Assembly: GCA_903839405.1 (NCBI GenBank)
Contig: CAIMCD010000042.1
Span: 2,518 to 66,517, forward strand
From: an uncultured Chlorobiaceae bacterium
Lineage (GTDB): Bacteria; Bacteroidota; Chlorobiia; Chlorobiales; Chlorobiaceae
Direction: 5' to 3'
Length of the DNA: 64,000 bases
The first letter of the stretch is position 1. Each line of letters opens with the position of its first letter. Below, piece by piece: positions 53,631 to 62,363 of this stretch. Under the pieces are notes generated by a model, which had not been told where the DNA came from, did no database searches, and saw nothing but the letters and a program-made list of their open reading frames with translations. The translations under genes were made by a program, and so were the position numbers.

Positions 53631-53885
53631 TTTTCTCTTTCAGAGACTCTCCGGGGTAGATGCACTCCCTTGGATTGAGTTGACAAAAAGCCCGCGTAAT
53701 AATAGATCAACACGAATATAACCTAAAATACCAATAATAATGGCGCGAGGTGATTCTCCCTTCTTTCCGTGATGTTCGTCAATTATTTGTATACTCATGA
53801 CATGCCTAACATCAAGCGTACACCGGCACTCAATCGTTCATGAACGCTGACATAAATAAAATCCGCAACAAAATTCTCAATCCTG

Positions 53886-54302
53886 ATGCATCATAATCAT
53901 GAAGAACAGATCGAAGCCGTAACGAAAATGGCCCTGCAGTTCCTCGCGGAAGCGATCGGCCAATGCCCGGCCGGACTGGAGCGCAGCACGAACCGGGATA
54001 TTGTTTTTGCTGTACTTGGTTTTCAGTACGGTGCCGTCCAAAGCGCCAGTTACGTTGCCGGTCTCGGCGAGGAGGCCTCTACGGGTATCGCAAAAAATGT
54101 CCTCGGCAGAATCAACGGAATGGATAAAGAGAGTACAATGAAATTCCTTGCCCTGATGCCGACGCTTGCCGAAAAAGAGTACCCCCCAATCCATATCGGT
54201 GGCAAAGCCATTATCGGTTTTTACCATGCGGCCACGGAGGAGGAGAAGCTGGCAGCGGCCGGTTCGCTACGGGAGATCCTCCGTCAGATCGATGAAGCGT
54301 AA
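53886..54302 (+). CDS. Hypothetical all-alpha protein
   Basis: 138-aa ORF with protein-like amphipathic helices; no family recognised with confidence. Confidence 0.7.
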   Translation: MHHNHEEQIEAVTKMALQFLAEAIGQCPAGLERSTNRDIVFAVLGFQYGAVQSASYVAGLGEEASTGIAKNVLGRINGMDKESTMKFLALMPTLAEKEYPPIHIGGKAIIGFYHAATEEEKLAAAGSLREILRQIDEA

Positions 54303-54432
54303 ATCCTTCGCTCTCTCCGTCAGCCGCATGAACAACGTCAACCCGGCAACCGGCACGCACCATCTCAAGGATTTCTTCCGTAAACTCGCAGCCAAAAACG
54401 CTTAATGCTTCACTCAACCGGTTCTTATCAGC

Positions 54433-55227
54433 ATGGCAGAAACCATTTTTTCCATACCTGACCTCCGTCTATGCTCATACGGCACCACCATTGCAGCGGG
54501 TGTGCTCCTCTGGATCCTGGAGGGGTTCAACCCCTTTTTCTCAACAGAGAAGCGCCGCGGTGCACACGCAAAACTCAACCTTTCTTTGGCCGCTCTCAAC
54601 CTGCTTGTCCTGCTCCCTTCGGGCATCCTCATGGCATTCATGCTGGAGTGGTCGAAAAACGCCTGGCCGGGAATCAGGATGCTGGCCCTTCCCCCCGCTC
54701 TCGAAGCGATCCTGCTGATCCTCTGTATCGACCTCTGGATGTACCTCTGGCATCGGCTCAACCATGAAACACCGTTTCTCTGGCGATTCCACTCCGTGCA
54801 TCACAGCGACTCCACGCTTGACGTCACCACCAGTTGGCGGTTCCACTCCATGGAGATCCTGATCTCGGAACTGCTGCGTATCCCCCTCTTCATGCTGATG
54901 GGTGCAGGTATCGAACACCTGCTGCTCTACTCGCTCCTCATGACGCCGGTCATTGAGTTCCACCACAGCAACATCGCCATTGCGCCCGCTTTGGATCGAC
55001 TGGCCCGGCTCATCATCCCCTCCCCCATGATGCACCGCCTGCACCACTCAAGAGAGAGGAGCGAGCGCAACTCCAACTACGGCAGCATGCTCTCCCTGTG
55101 GGATCGTCTCTTCGGCAGCTTTATGATGAAAGAAAATCTCGACGACCTCCGTATCGGTCTCGACCGTGAAAGCGACCCCGACAAGCAGCAACTCTTCGCC
55201 CTGCTCCAGAGGCCGTTCCAGCCGTAG
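54433..55227 (+). CDS. Fatty acid hydroxylase/sterol desaturase-family membrane enzyme
   Basis: His boxes HRLNH, HSVHH, FHHSN and HRLHH; NYGSMLSLWDRLFGS motif. Confidence 0.9.
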   Translation: MAETIFSIPDLRLCSYGTTIAAGVLLWILEGFNPFFSTEKRRGAHAKLNLSLAALNLLVLLPSGILMAFMLEWSKNAWPGIRMLALPPALEAILLILCIDLWMYLWHRLNHETPFLWRFHSVHHSDSTLDVTTSWRFHSMEILISELLRIPLFMLMGAGIEHLLLYSLLMTPVIEFHHSNIAIAPALDRLARLIIPSPMMHRLHHSRERSERNSNYGSMLSLWDRLFGSFMMKENLDDLRIGLDRESDPDKQQLFALLQRPFQP

Positions 55228-55232
55228 CAAGG

Positions 55233-55697
55233 CTACCGGCGCCGTTCGAGCATCGCGGCCCATATGGGATCGTAGCCGTCGATATCGTCCGTCAAACCTC
55301 TTGCATCAACGACCGGCCTGCCCTCGTTATACCAGCGAAAGATGCCGCCGCGCAGGTTACGAAAACTTTTGGCCCCTGCATTCCCGCACACACGCTCCAC
55401 CCGCTCAAGCAGTTCCGAGCTGCGCTGGCCGACCGAACAGTAAAAAACAAGGTGACGCCCCGCCACAAGGGCGGCGTAACGAGCCGCGAACTCTTCCGGG
55501 CCGCTCTCAGGATCAAGGCGTACTGCCGTGGCGATATGGCTCTTTTCATACTCCCCGGCGTTGCGAATGTCGAAGAGCAAGGGCGGTTCCGCTCCGGCAA
55601 GCATCGCCGCCAGTTCGTCCGTCGCCAGGTTTTCCACCCGGTGCGTCCGCTCGATCACGGTGATTGCAGCATCGAGCAGCCAATCAGCAGCGAACAT
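55233..55697 (-). CDS. Rhodanese-like domain protein
   Basis: LFDIR...EY..SHI, FYCSVGQRS active-site loop and NLRGGIF.W motifs. Confidence 0.85.
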   Translation of the reverse strand: MFAADWLLDAAITVIERTHRVENLATDELAAMLAGAEPPLLFDIRNAGEYEKSHIATAVRLDPESGPEEFAARYAALVAGRHLVFYCSVGQRSSELLERVERVCGNAGAKSFRNLRGGIFRWYNEGRPVVDARGLTDDIDGYDPIWAAMLERRR

Positions 55698-55702
55698 TGC
55701 CG

Positions 55703-56362
55703 CTATTTTTTTTCATCTCCATCGGCCAGCGAGGTAAGATAGCGGTGGGTATAGAGCTTCTCGACTTTTGAGAGTTCACGGAGCTGGTCAAAGGAGATCA
55801 TCGGGAGCCGGTATTGCTGACGAATCCGCTCAATCATTGCTATCCACAAATGCGCGGTCATCTCGGCATCAGCCAAAGCGCGGTGAAAGGTGCCACTCTC
55901 TGGGATGGCGAGATGTGACACCAGCGTCTGCAGCTTATGGTTCGGCGCATCCTGATTAATCCTTCTTGAGAGGAGCAGCGAGCAGCAACAGGCGCCTTCA
56001 TACGCCCGGTTCGCCCGCTTCAGCTCCGAATCCAGAAAGCGCTTGTCGAATGAGGCATTGTGCGCAACAATATTTCGACCTGCTATAAACCCTGAAAACT
56101 CGGCCATCACCTCTTCACACCGAGGCTGGCTTTTGAGCATCTCATTGGTGATACCGGTATAACCCTCGATAAACCGGCTGATCTTGAAACCGGGATTCAT
56201 CAGCTTTTGAAAACGCTCAACAATCACCCCCTGCTCCAGAAGCACCGCACCGATCTCGATAGCCCGGTCGCCATACTCGGGAGAGAGGCCCGTCGTCTCA
56301 AAATCCAGCACCACCACACTATCCGCCAACTTTGCCTGCATTATAGATTTACCACTTATCAT
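55703..56362 (-). CDS. Stand-alone DEDDh 3'-5' exonuclease (DnaQ-like)
   Basis: ExoI LDFETTG, ExoII AHNASFD and ExoIII HRALADA. Confidence 0.92.
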   Translation of the reverse strand: MISGKSIMQAKLADSVVVLDFETTGLSPEYGDRAIEIGAVLLEQGVIVERFQKLMNPGFKISRFIEGYTGITNEMLKSQPRCEEVMAEFSGFIAGRNIVAHNASFDKRFLDSELKRANRAYEGACCCSLLLSRRINQDAPNHKLQTLVSHLAIPESGTFHRALADAEMTAHLWIAMIERIRQQYRLPMISFDQLRELSKVEKLYTHRYLTSLADGDEKK

Positions 56363-56539
56363 GACACCAGCAATAAATTAACCATCAATTTCCGTCCTCT
56401 CCTCCGCCTTTAAAATTCACAACCTTGCCCTGTTTTATTATAGAGGTATTACACCTATTTTAAAGAAGAAAGGGTATCAGCAAGAAAGATATGAATCGGC
56501 AAGTTTGTTTAAAACCCCCCAACGTCACCTTGAGATGCA

Positions 56540-59224
56540 ATGAGTAACAACATCAAAACCGATGAAGCTAATCGCCGAATACAAAAGGCTCTGAGAAAAA
56601 AATCAACAACGCTGGATTTATCAGGACTTGAATTACAATCCTTGCCGGACTCAATTGGGCAGTTAGCTCAGTTGGAGACGCTTGACCTTTCCAGTAACCA
56701 ACTCCAGCAGTTGCCGGACTCAATCGGGCAGTTAACTCAGTTGCGGAGGCTTTACCTTTTCAATAACCAGCTCCAGCAGTTGCCGGACTCAATCGGGCAG
56801 TTAACTCAGTTGCGGAGGCTTTACCTTTCCAATAACCAACTCCAGCAACTGCCGGAATCCATTGGGCAATTAACTCAACTGCAGGAGCTTTACCTTTCCA
56901 TCAACCAGCTCCAGCAATTGCCGGAATCCATTGGGCAGTTAGCTCAGTTGCAGAGGCTTTACCTTGCCGATAACCAACTCCAGCAGTTGCCGGACTCTAT
57001 TGGGCAGTTAGCGAAGTTGCAATCGCTTGACCTTGCCGATAACCAACTCCAGCAGTTGCCGGACTCTATTGGCCATTTAGCTCAGTTGGAGACGCTTGAC
57101 CTTTCCGATAACCAACTCCAGCAATTGCCAGACTCTTTGGTGAAACTGAAAAAGCTTGAACGACTCTATTTGCATGGGAATCAATCGCTTGATATCCCTC
57201 TCGAAATATTAGGCCCAACCTGGCAAGAAGTCAATGCCAATAAAGCTCAACCAGCAAATCCGGCCACTATCCTCGACTACTATTTCCGTATCCATGCTGC
57301 TCAGCGACCACTCAATGAAGCGAAGCTGATTCTGGTTGGCCGGGGTGGGGTTGGTAAAAGCTCTTTGGTAGATAAGCTATTATTCGATCAATTTGATGAA
57401 CACAAAAAAAAGACTGAAGGAATTGCTATTTCCGAGTGGCCGCTTCTGTTGCATGAATCGGAAACAATTCGTGTGAACCTCTGGGATTTCGGCGGTCAGG
57501 AGATCATGCATGCCACGCACCAGTTTTTTCTGACACAGCGCAGCCTCTACCTGCTGGTGCTCGAAGGGCGTCAAGGTGGCGAAGACGGCGATGCAGAGTA
57601 CTGGCTGAAACTGGTGGAGAGTTTTGGAACCGAGGATGATGGCAATATTGCTCCGGTGCTCATTGTTCTGAACAAATCTTCACTCAACCCGTTTGATTTG
57701 AACCGGTTGGCACTCACAAGGAAATATCCGTTCATCAAGGGCTTTCTTGTGACCGATTGCAATACCGGTCTTGGTATAAAGGAGTTACGCACATCAATCG
57801 AGCAGGAGATTGACCGCCTGCCCTATCTGCGCGCACCATTTCCGGCAAGCTGGTTTTCCATCAAGGACAAACTGGCATCCATGCAGGAGAGTTTTATCTC
57901 ATTTACAGAGTACAGGGCGCTCTGCAAGGAGGCTGGCGAAAAGGAGAATCAGGGTCAGGATTTTCTTGCATCGCACATGCACAACCTCGGAATTGCGCTG
58001 AATTACAAGGATGATCCCCGGTTGCGCGACCACCATGTGCTCAATCCGCGGTGGGTGACGAGCGGTGTTTATGCTCTGCTCAATGACCCGATGCTCCTGA
58101 AGCAAAATGGCGAGTTACGGCTTGACAATGTTGGCCGCATTCTTGATGCGGAGCGCTACCCCAGGCACATGCACCGATTTCTGATGGACTTGATGCGGAA
58201 ATTTGAACTCTGCTTCACCTTTACCGACGACGACACCCACTACCTGATTGCGGAGCTGCTGGGCAAGCAGGAACCAAAAGAGGCCGCAGAGTTTGAGCTT
58301 GCGAAATGCCTCAATTTTGAATACCGTTACACCGTGTTGCCGGAAGGCCTGCTGCCCCGTTTCATTGTTCGCACCCACTCGCTCAGTGAAGGCAATCCCC
58401 GGTGGCGGTCAGGCGTTATCCTTTCGTTTGAAGGGAACCGCGCCCTGGTACGGGCGGACGCAGAGGAAAAACGGGTCTTCATTGCGGTTGATGGCCCAAC
58501 AGCAAGCCGTCGGCGACTGCTGGCGGTTATCCGCTCCGATTTCGAGCGCATTCATGCATCCATCAGCAAACTCAAGCCGGAAGAGGTAGTGCCCATACCG
58601 GGTAAGCCTGATGTTTCAGTGCCTTATTCGGAGCTGCTTACCTTCGAAAAACAAAACATTACCAATTACCCAAAAGCGCATAAAGGAGATGTTCTTACCA
58701 TCCATGTCAATGAGCTGCTGAACGGAGTTGATCTGGCGGGCACAAGAAAAGAGTATCACTACAAAGCGGAAAAGCCGGGAGTAAAAATATTTTATTCATA
58801 CTCGCACAAGGATGAACCGTATCGGAACACACTGGAGACGCACCTTAAAATTCTGGAACGGACAGGAGTAATCGATCAATGGCATGACCGCAATATTGAG
58901 GCCGGTGATGACTGGAAAACGGCAATTGACGAGAACCTCGAACGCGCAGAGATCATCCTGCTCCTTGTCAGCGCTGATTTTATATTTTCAGACTACTGCT
59001 GGGAAAAAGAGATGAGCCGAGCACTCGAACGCCACAAGGCTGGCGAAGCAACCGTCATCCCGATAATCATCCGTGATGCAAACTGGAAATCGGCTCCTTT
59101 TGCCGCATTTCAGGCACTACCCAAGGATGCCAAAGCCGTAACCCTCTGGCCCAATGAAGACAGCGCATGGAAAAGTGTAAGCGAAGGAATTGAACGAGTA
59201 GTCAATACACGCACAAAGAAATGA
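56540..59224 (+). CDS. Roco-family protein with LRR-Roc-COR-TIR architecture
   Basis: 8 LRRs (aa 32-215); P-loop GRGGVGKS (K273); TEG; DFGGQ (D316); HATHQFFLT; COR motifs FPASWF, LNPRWVT and LPEGLLPRFIVR; C-terminal TIR (about aa 748-894: IFYSYSHKD, W.DR.I.AG.DW, VSADF..SDYC..KEM). Confidence 0.93.
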   Translation: MSNNIKTDEANRRIQKALRKKSTTLDLSGLELQSLPDSIGQLAQLETLDLSSNQLQQLPDSIGQLTQLRRLYLFNNQLQQLPDSIGQLTQLRRLYLSNNQLQQLPESIGQLTQLQELYLSINQLQQLPESIGQLAQLQRLYLADNQLQQLPDSIGQLAKLQSLDLADNQLQQLPDSIGHLAQLETLDLSDNQLQQLPDSLVKLKKLERLYLHGNQSLDIPLEILGPTWQEVNANKAQPANPATILDYYFRIHAAQRPLNEAKLILVGRGGVGKSSLVDKLLFDQFDEHKKKTEGIAISEWPLLLHESETIRVNLWDFGGQEIMHATHQFFLTQRSLYLLVLEGRQGGEDGDAEYWLKLVESFGTEDDGNIAPVLIVLNKSSLNPFDLNRLALTRKYPFIKGFLVTDCNTGLGIKELRTSIEQEIDRLPYLRAPFPASWFSIKDKLASMQESFISFTEYRALCKEAGEKENQGQDFLASHMHNLGIALNYKDDPRLRDHHVLNPRWVTSGVYALLNDPMLLKQNGELRLDNVGRILDAERYPRHMHRFLMDLMRKFELCFTFTDDDTHYLIAELLGKQEPKEAAEFELAKCLNFEYRYTVLPEGLLPRFIVRTHSLSEGNPRWRSGVILSFEGNRALVRADAEEKRVFIAVDGPTASRRRLLAVIRSDFERIHASISKLKPEEVVPIPGKPDVSVPYSELLTFEKQNITNYPKAHKGDVLTIHVNELLNGVDLAGTRKEYHYKAEKPGVKIFYSYSHKDEPYRNTLETHLKILERTGVIDQWHDRNIEAGDDWKTAIDENLERAEIILLLVSADFIFSDYCWEKEMSRALERHKAGEATVIPIIIRDANWKSAPFAAFQALPKDAKAVTLWPNEDSAWKSVSEGIERVVNTRTKK
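56633..57184 (+). repeat. Eight tandem 69-bp LRR-coding units
   Basis: Consensus LQQLPDSIGQLxQLxxLxLxxNQ; units 2 (56702-56770) and 3 (56771-56839) are identical at 67 of 69 nt by manual comparison. Confidence 0.93.
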
Positions 59225-59274
59225 GCTGGGGCTCGGCGTTCTTGAGGGGGGAAGAAGGGTGAGGCAGAAAAAAA

Positions 59275-59308
59275 TAAAGACTTACAAGCCGAAACCTGTA
59301 AGTCTTTA
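59275..59308 (-). terminator. Hairpin downstream of tRNA-Lys
   Basis: TAAAGACTTACA/TGTAAGTCTTTA 12-bp perfect stem followed by a T tract on the minus strand. Confidence 0.75.
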
Positions 59309-59315
59309 TGTAATA

Positions 59316-59390
59316 TGGTGCACCCGGGAGGACTCGAACCTCCAACCCATTGATTAAGAGTCAATTGCTCTACCATTGAGCCACGGGTGC
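59316..59390 (-). tRNA. tRNA-Lys(CTT)
   Basis: Reverse complement GCACCCG...ATTGA-CTCTTAA-TCAAT...GGTTCGAGTCC-CGGGTGC-ACCA gives a cloverleaf with anticodon CTT and encoded CCA. Confidence 0.95.
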
Positions 59391-59403
59391 AGAAATATGC
59401 AGA

Positions 59404-59754
59404 TTACTTTACTGGCGCTGCCGGAGTTAACGGTGCTGAAGGCACTGTTTTAGCCGGAGAGGCCGGAAGCACAGGCAGAGACTGCTGAAGAACACTTTTT
59501 GGTGCAACTTTGCCAGCATCTCTTCCGGGAAGAGTAAACTGGGCCAGGAAACAAAGCACCATCACCACTGCTGCAAGCACACCTGTTGTCTTGCTTAAAA
59601 AGTCACCGGTTCTTCTGACCCCGAGGGTCTGAACCGTACCAAGGCTGGCCATACCGCCAGTCAAACCGCTACCACTTTTCGGGCTCTGCAACAGAACTAC
59701 CCCGATCAGCATAATTGAAGCGAGCAAACCGACAATTACAATGAAAACATGCAT
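59404..59754 (-). CDS. secG: Preprotein translocase subunit SecG
   Basis: [25 protein letters not shown] and two TM helices. Confidence 0.93.
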   Translation of the reverse strand: MHVFIVIVGLLASIMLIGVVLLQSPKSGSGLTGGMASLGTVQTLGVRRTGDFLSKTTGVLAAVVMVLCFLAQFTLPGRDAGKVAPKSVLQQSLPVLPASPAKTVPSAPLTPAAPVK

Positions 59755-59841
59755 TTCCAGCCGCTTTAATTAAGTTGTAAATATCGTATCTTCCTCTTGA
59801 AGATGGCCTTAATTTAGCAACTTTTAAAAGATATCCAAATC

Positions 59842-60084
59842 GTGATGGCTGAAGTCGGAAAAATAGTTGCGATTGCGGGTCTCGGCCTCACGCTTTTCGG
59901 CCTCTTGCTGATGCTTATGGCAAAAAATGGAAGCTTGGGCTACTTTGGATGGTTCGGCTCACTCCCTTTCGATTTTAAAATAGAGAAAGAGAACTTCCGC
60001 TTATATTTCCCTCTCGGCTCATCAGTGCTGCTCTCGCTTCTCCTCAGCCTGATCGGCTACCTTGTCAACAAATTTATCCGCTAA
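59842..60084 (+). CDS. Small membrane protein, DUF2905-like
   Basis: [23 protein letters not shown] pattern. Confidence 0.8.
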   Translation: MMAEVGKIVAIAGLGLTLFGLLLMLMAKNGSLGYFGWFGSLPFDFKIEKENFRLYFPLGSSVLLSLLLSLIGYLVNKFIR

Positions 60085-60091
60085 CGAATCC

Positions 60092-60694
60092 ATGCAAGAA
60101 GAGTTAAAGAGAACGCCACGCAGCGCAACGGTAACCAGAACCACCAAAGAGACCGACATTACCGCAACCGTGACGCTTGACGGCACTGGTAGCAGCTCCA
60201 TCAACTCGGGAGTGGTTTTTCTGGATCACATGCTGATCAGTTTCAGCCGCCATTCGGGATTTGACCTCACACTCCACTGCGCGGGAGATCTTGATGTGGA
60301 TGATCATCACAGCGTTGAAGATATTGCGCTGGTGCTCGGCACTGCCATCCGGGAGGCTCTTGGCGATAAAAAGGGCATAGAGCGTTACGGATGGGCAATC
60401 ATCCCGATGGATGAGGCTCTGGCCCGGTGCGCGGTGGATTTGGGAGGACGAAGCTACTCGGTCTTCAATGCGGAGTTCTCAAGGCCGGTGATTCAGGGAT
60501 TTTCAACCGAGATGGTGGAGCACTTCTTTCTGTCGCTGGCCGGAACCCTGAAAGCCAACATTCACCTCGCAATTCTTGAGGGGCAGAATACCCATCACAA
60601 AATTGAGGCGCTCTTCAAAGCATTTGCCTATGCGATGAAAAAGGCGGTGGCGGTAACGGGCACCGAAATTCCATCAACCAAGGGAAAGCTCTGA
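60092..60694 (+). CDS. hisB: Imidazoleglycerol-phosphate dehydratase
   Basis: [28 protein letters not shown] and NTHHKIEA motifs; start placed at MQEELK. Confidence 0.96.
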   Translation: MQEELKRTPRSATVTRTTKETDITATVTLDGTGSSSINSGVVFLDHMLISFSRHSGFDLTLHCAGDLDVDDHHSVEDIALVLGTAIREALGDKKGIERYGWAIIPMDEALARCAVDLGGRSYSVFNAEFSRPVIQGFSTEMVEHFFLSLAGTLKANIHLAILEGQNTHHKIEALFKAFAYAMKKAVAVTGTEIPSTKGKL

Positions 60695-60728
60695 AAGCTT
60701 TCCCCCGGCAGGGGGAAGGATACCCCAA

Positions 60729-62303
60729 TTATTTAGCGTAGGCTATTGAGCGCTTTTCGCGGACAATGGAGACTTTGATCTGACCGGGATACTGCGCTTC
60801 CGATTCGATTTTGTGAGCAATGTCGTGGGCCAGAATATCGGCCTGTGAATCACTGACGTTATCGCCTTCAACAATCACGCGGATCTCGCGCCCTGCCTGC
60901 AAGGCATAGGTTTTCAGCACACCGGGAAATCCCTTGGCAATCTCCTCAAGGCTCTCAAGACGCTTCACGTTGCCGTCAGCCGTCACCGCACCCCGCGCTC
61001 CCGGCCTCGAAAGGGAGATCACATTGGCCGCATCAACCAGATCAGCCACCGGACTCTCTTTATCAACATCACCATGATGAGCCGCAATGGCATTCAGCAC
61101 AATGGGCGATTCGTTGAACTTCTTCAGGTAGTTCACGGCTGTAAGCGCATGAGGGTCATCGCTTTCAGGCAAAACAAGGCCGATATCGTGTAACAGACCG
61201 GCACGTTTGGCCATACGGGCATCAAGCTTGAGCTCAGCCGCCATCAGGCCGGAAAGCATGGCAACCTCACGGCTGTGCTGCAGCAGGTTCTGGCCGTAGA
61301 CCGTATAAAACTTCATCTTGCCGATCAGTGCAACAATCTCGGATGGCATGTCAGGAATCTGCAGCGAGGAGAGCGCTTCCTCTCCGGCACTCATGATGAC
61401 ATCATCAATCTCTTTTTTCGCATCCTCGTAGGCTTTGTCAATCGCTACGGGATGAATGATACCATCAACCAGCAGCTTCTGCAGGGTCAGCTTGGCAAGT
61501 TCGCGACGCAGGGGATCAAAGCAGGAGAGAATAACCACCTCAGGAGTATCATCAACAATGATGTCAACGCCGGTTGCGTTTTCAAAGGCCTTGATGTTGC
61601 GTCCTTCACGACCGATAATCCGGCCCTTCAGCTCGTCACTCTGGATATGGACAACGGAGAGCGCATTTTCAGAGGCCTGTTCAAAGGAGATACGCTGAAT
61701 GGCGGTCAGGAGGGTTTTTTCAGCAAGTCGGCCCGCTTTCTGCTCGGCCTCCTCGTGAATGCGGTGAATGGTTTCGGTCGACTCTTCGCGTGCCTTGGCT
61801 ACCATGTTATCAATCAACATCTGCCGGGCCTCTTCAGCCTGAAGGTTACTGATGCTTTCAAGACGCTGGTTCTGCTCAAGAATAATCCGGTCAAGCTCGG
61901 CTGAACGAAGGGTAACCGAATCCATGGTCTGATCGATCTCCTTGCGCTGATCCTGCAGCTTGCGCTCCGTATCCTTGACATCCTGAGCCTGCTTTTTCAA
62001 CTGACCTTCCTTCTGCTGGATCTGCTTCTGCAGTTGATTGTACTTGTTGTTTTTAATAACAACTTCCTGGTCAAACTCCCGGCGTTTCTTTTTCCACTCC
62101 TGATTGACCTCGCTCACCTTGAGCTCCTTGTAGTCATTGGCCTCTTTCTGGGCTTCCTGCACAATCTGTACTGCACGCTCTTCGGCTTCAAGCACCTTGG
62201 TCGTCCCAATCCGTTCCAAAAAATACCGTCCGACAAAAAAACCTGCCACAAAAAACAGAACTGAAGCAACAATAATTAAAAACAGGTTTATAACAATGTC
62301 CAT
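60729..62303 (-). CDS. rny: Ribonuclease Y
   Basis: N-terminal TM helix, coiled coil, KH domain (KGRIIGREGRNI) and HD domain (LLHDIG). Confidence 0.96.
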   Translation of the reverse strand: MDIVINLFLIIVASVLFFVAGFFVGRYFLERIGTTKVLEAEERAVQIVQEAQKEANDYKELKVSEVNQEWKKKRREFDQEVVIKNNKYNQLQKQIQQKEGQLKKQAQDVKDTERKLQDQRKEIDQTMDSVTLRSAELDRIILEQNQRLESISNLQAEEARQMLIDNMVAKAREESTETIHRIHEEAEQKAGRLAEKTLLTAIQRISFEQASENALSVVHIQSDELKGRIIGREGRNIKAFENATGVDIIVDDTPEVVILSCFDPLRRELAKLTLQKLLVDGIIHPVAIDKAYEDAKKEIDDVIMSAGEEALSSLQIPDMPSEIVALIGKMKFYTVYGQNLLQHSREVAMLSGLMAAELKLDARMAKRAGLLHDIGLVLPESDDPHALTAVNYLKKFNESPIVLNAIAAHHGDVDKESPVADLVDAANVISLSRPGARGAVTADGNVKRLESLEEIAKGFPGVLKTYALQAGREIRVIVEGDNVSDSQADILAHDIAHKIESEAQYPGQIKVSIVREKRSIAYAK

Positions 62304-62363
62304 TAAACTTCCTCCTTTTTATGCTCTTGCCAATCCAACAAGAAGCACGTTTTAAACAAAAAA

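Noticed and set aside
53631-53885. att duplicate of the tRNA-Lys 3' end at the left border of the accessory block
   Set aside because: No recognisable copy found by eye; an alignment would be needed to exclude a short degenerate core.
56633-57184. Regular DNA repeats (also 19196-20167) as a possible CRISPR array
   Set aside because: Units are 69 and 108 bp, in frame, contiguous and without unique spacers; they encode LRR and Sel1 repeats. No cas genes are present.
59110-59376. 88-aa minus-strand ORF (MVEQLTLNQWVGGSSPPG...)
   Set aside because: It is the translation of the tRNA-Lys gene and the antisense of the Roco 3' end.
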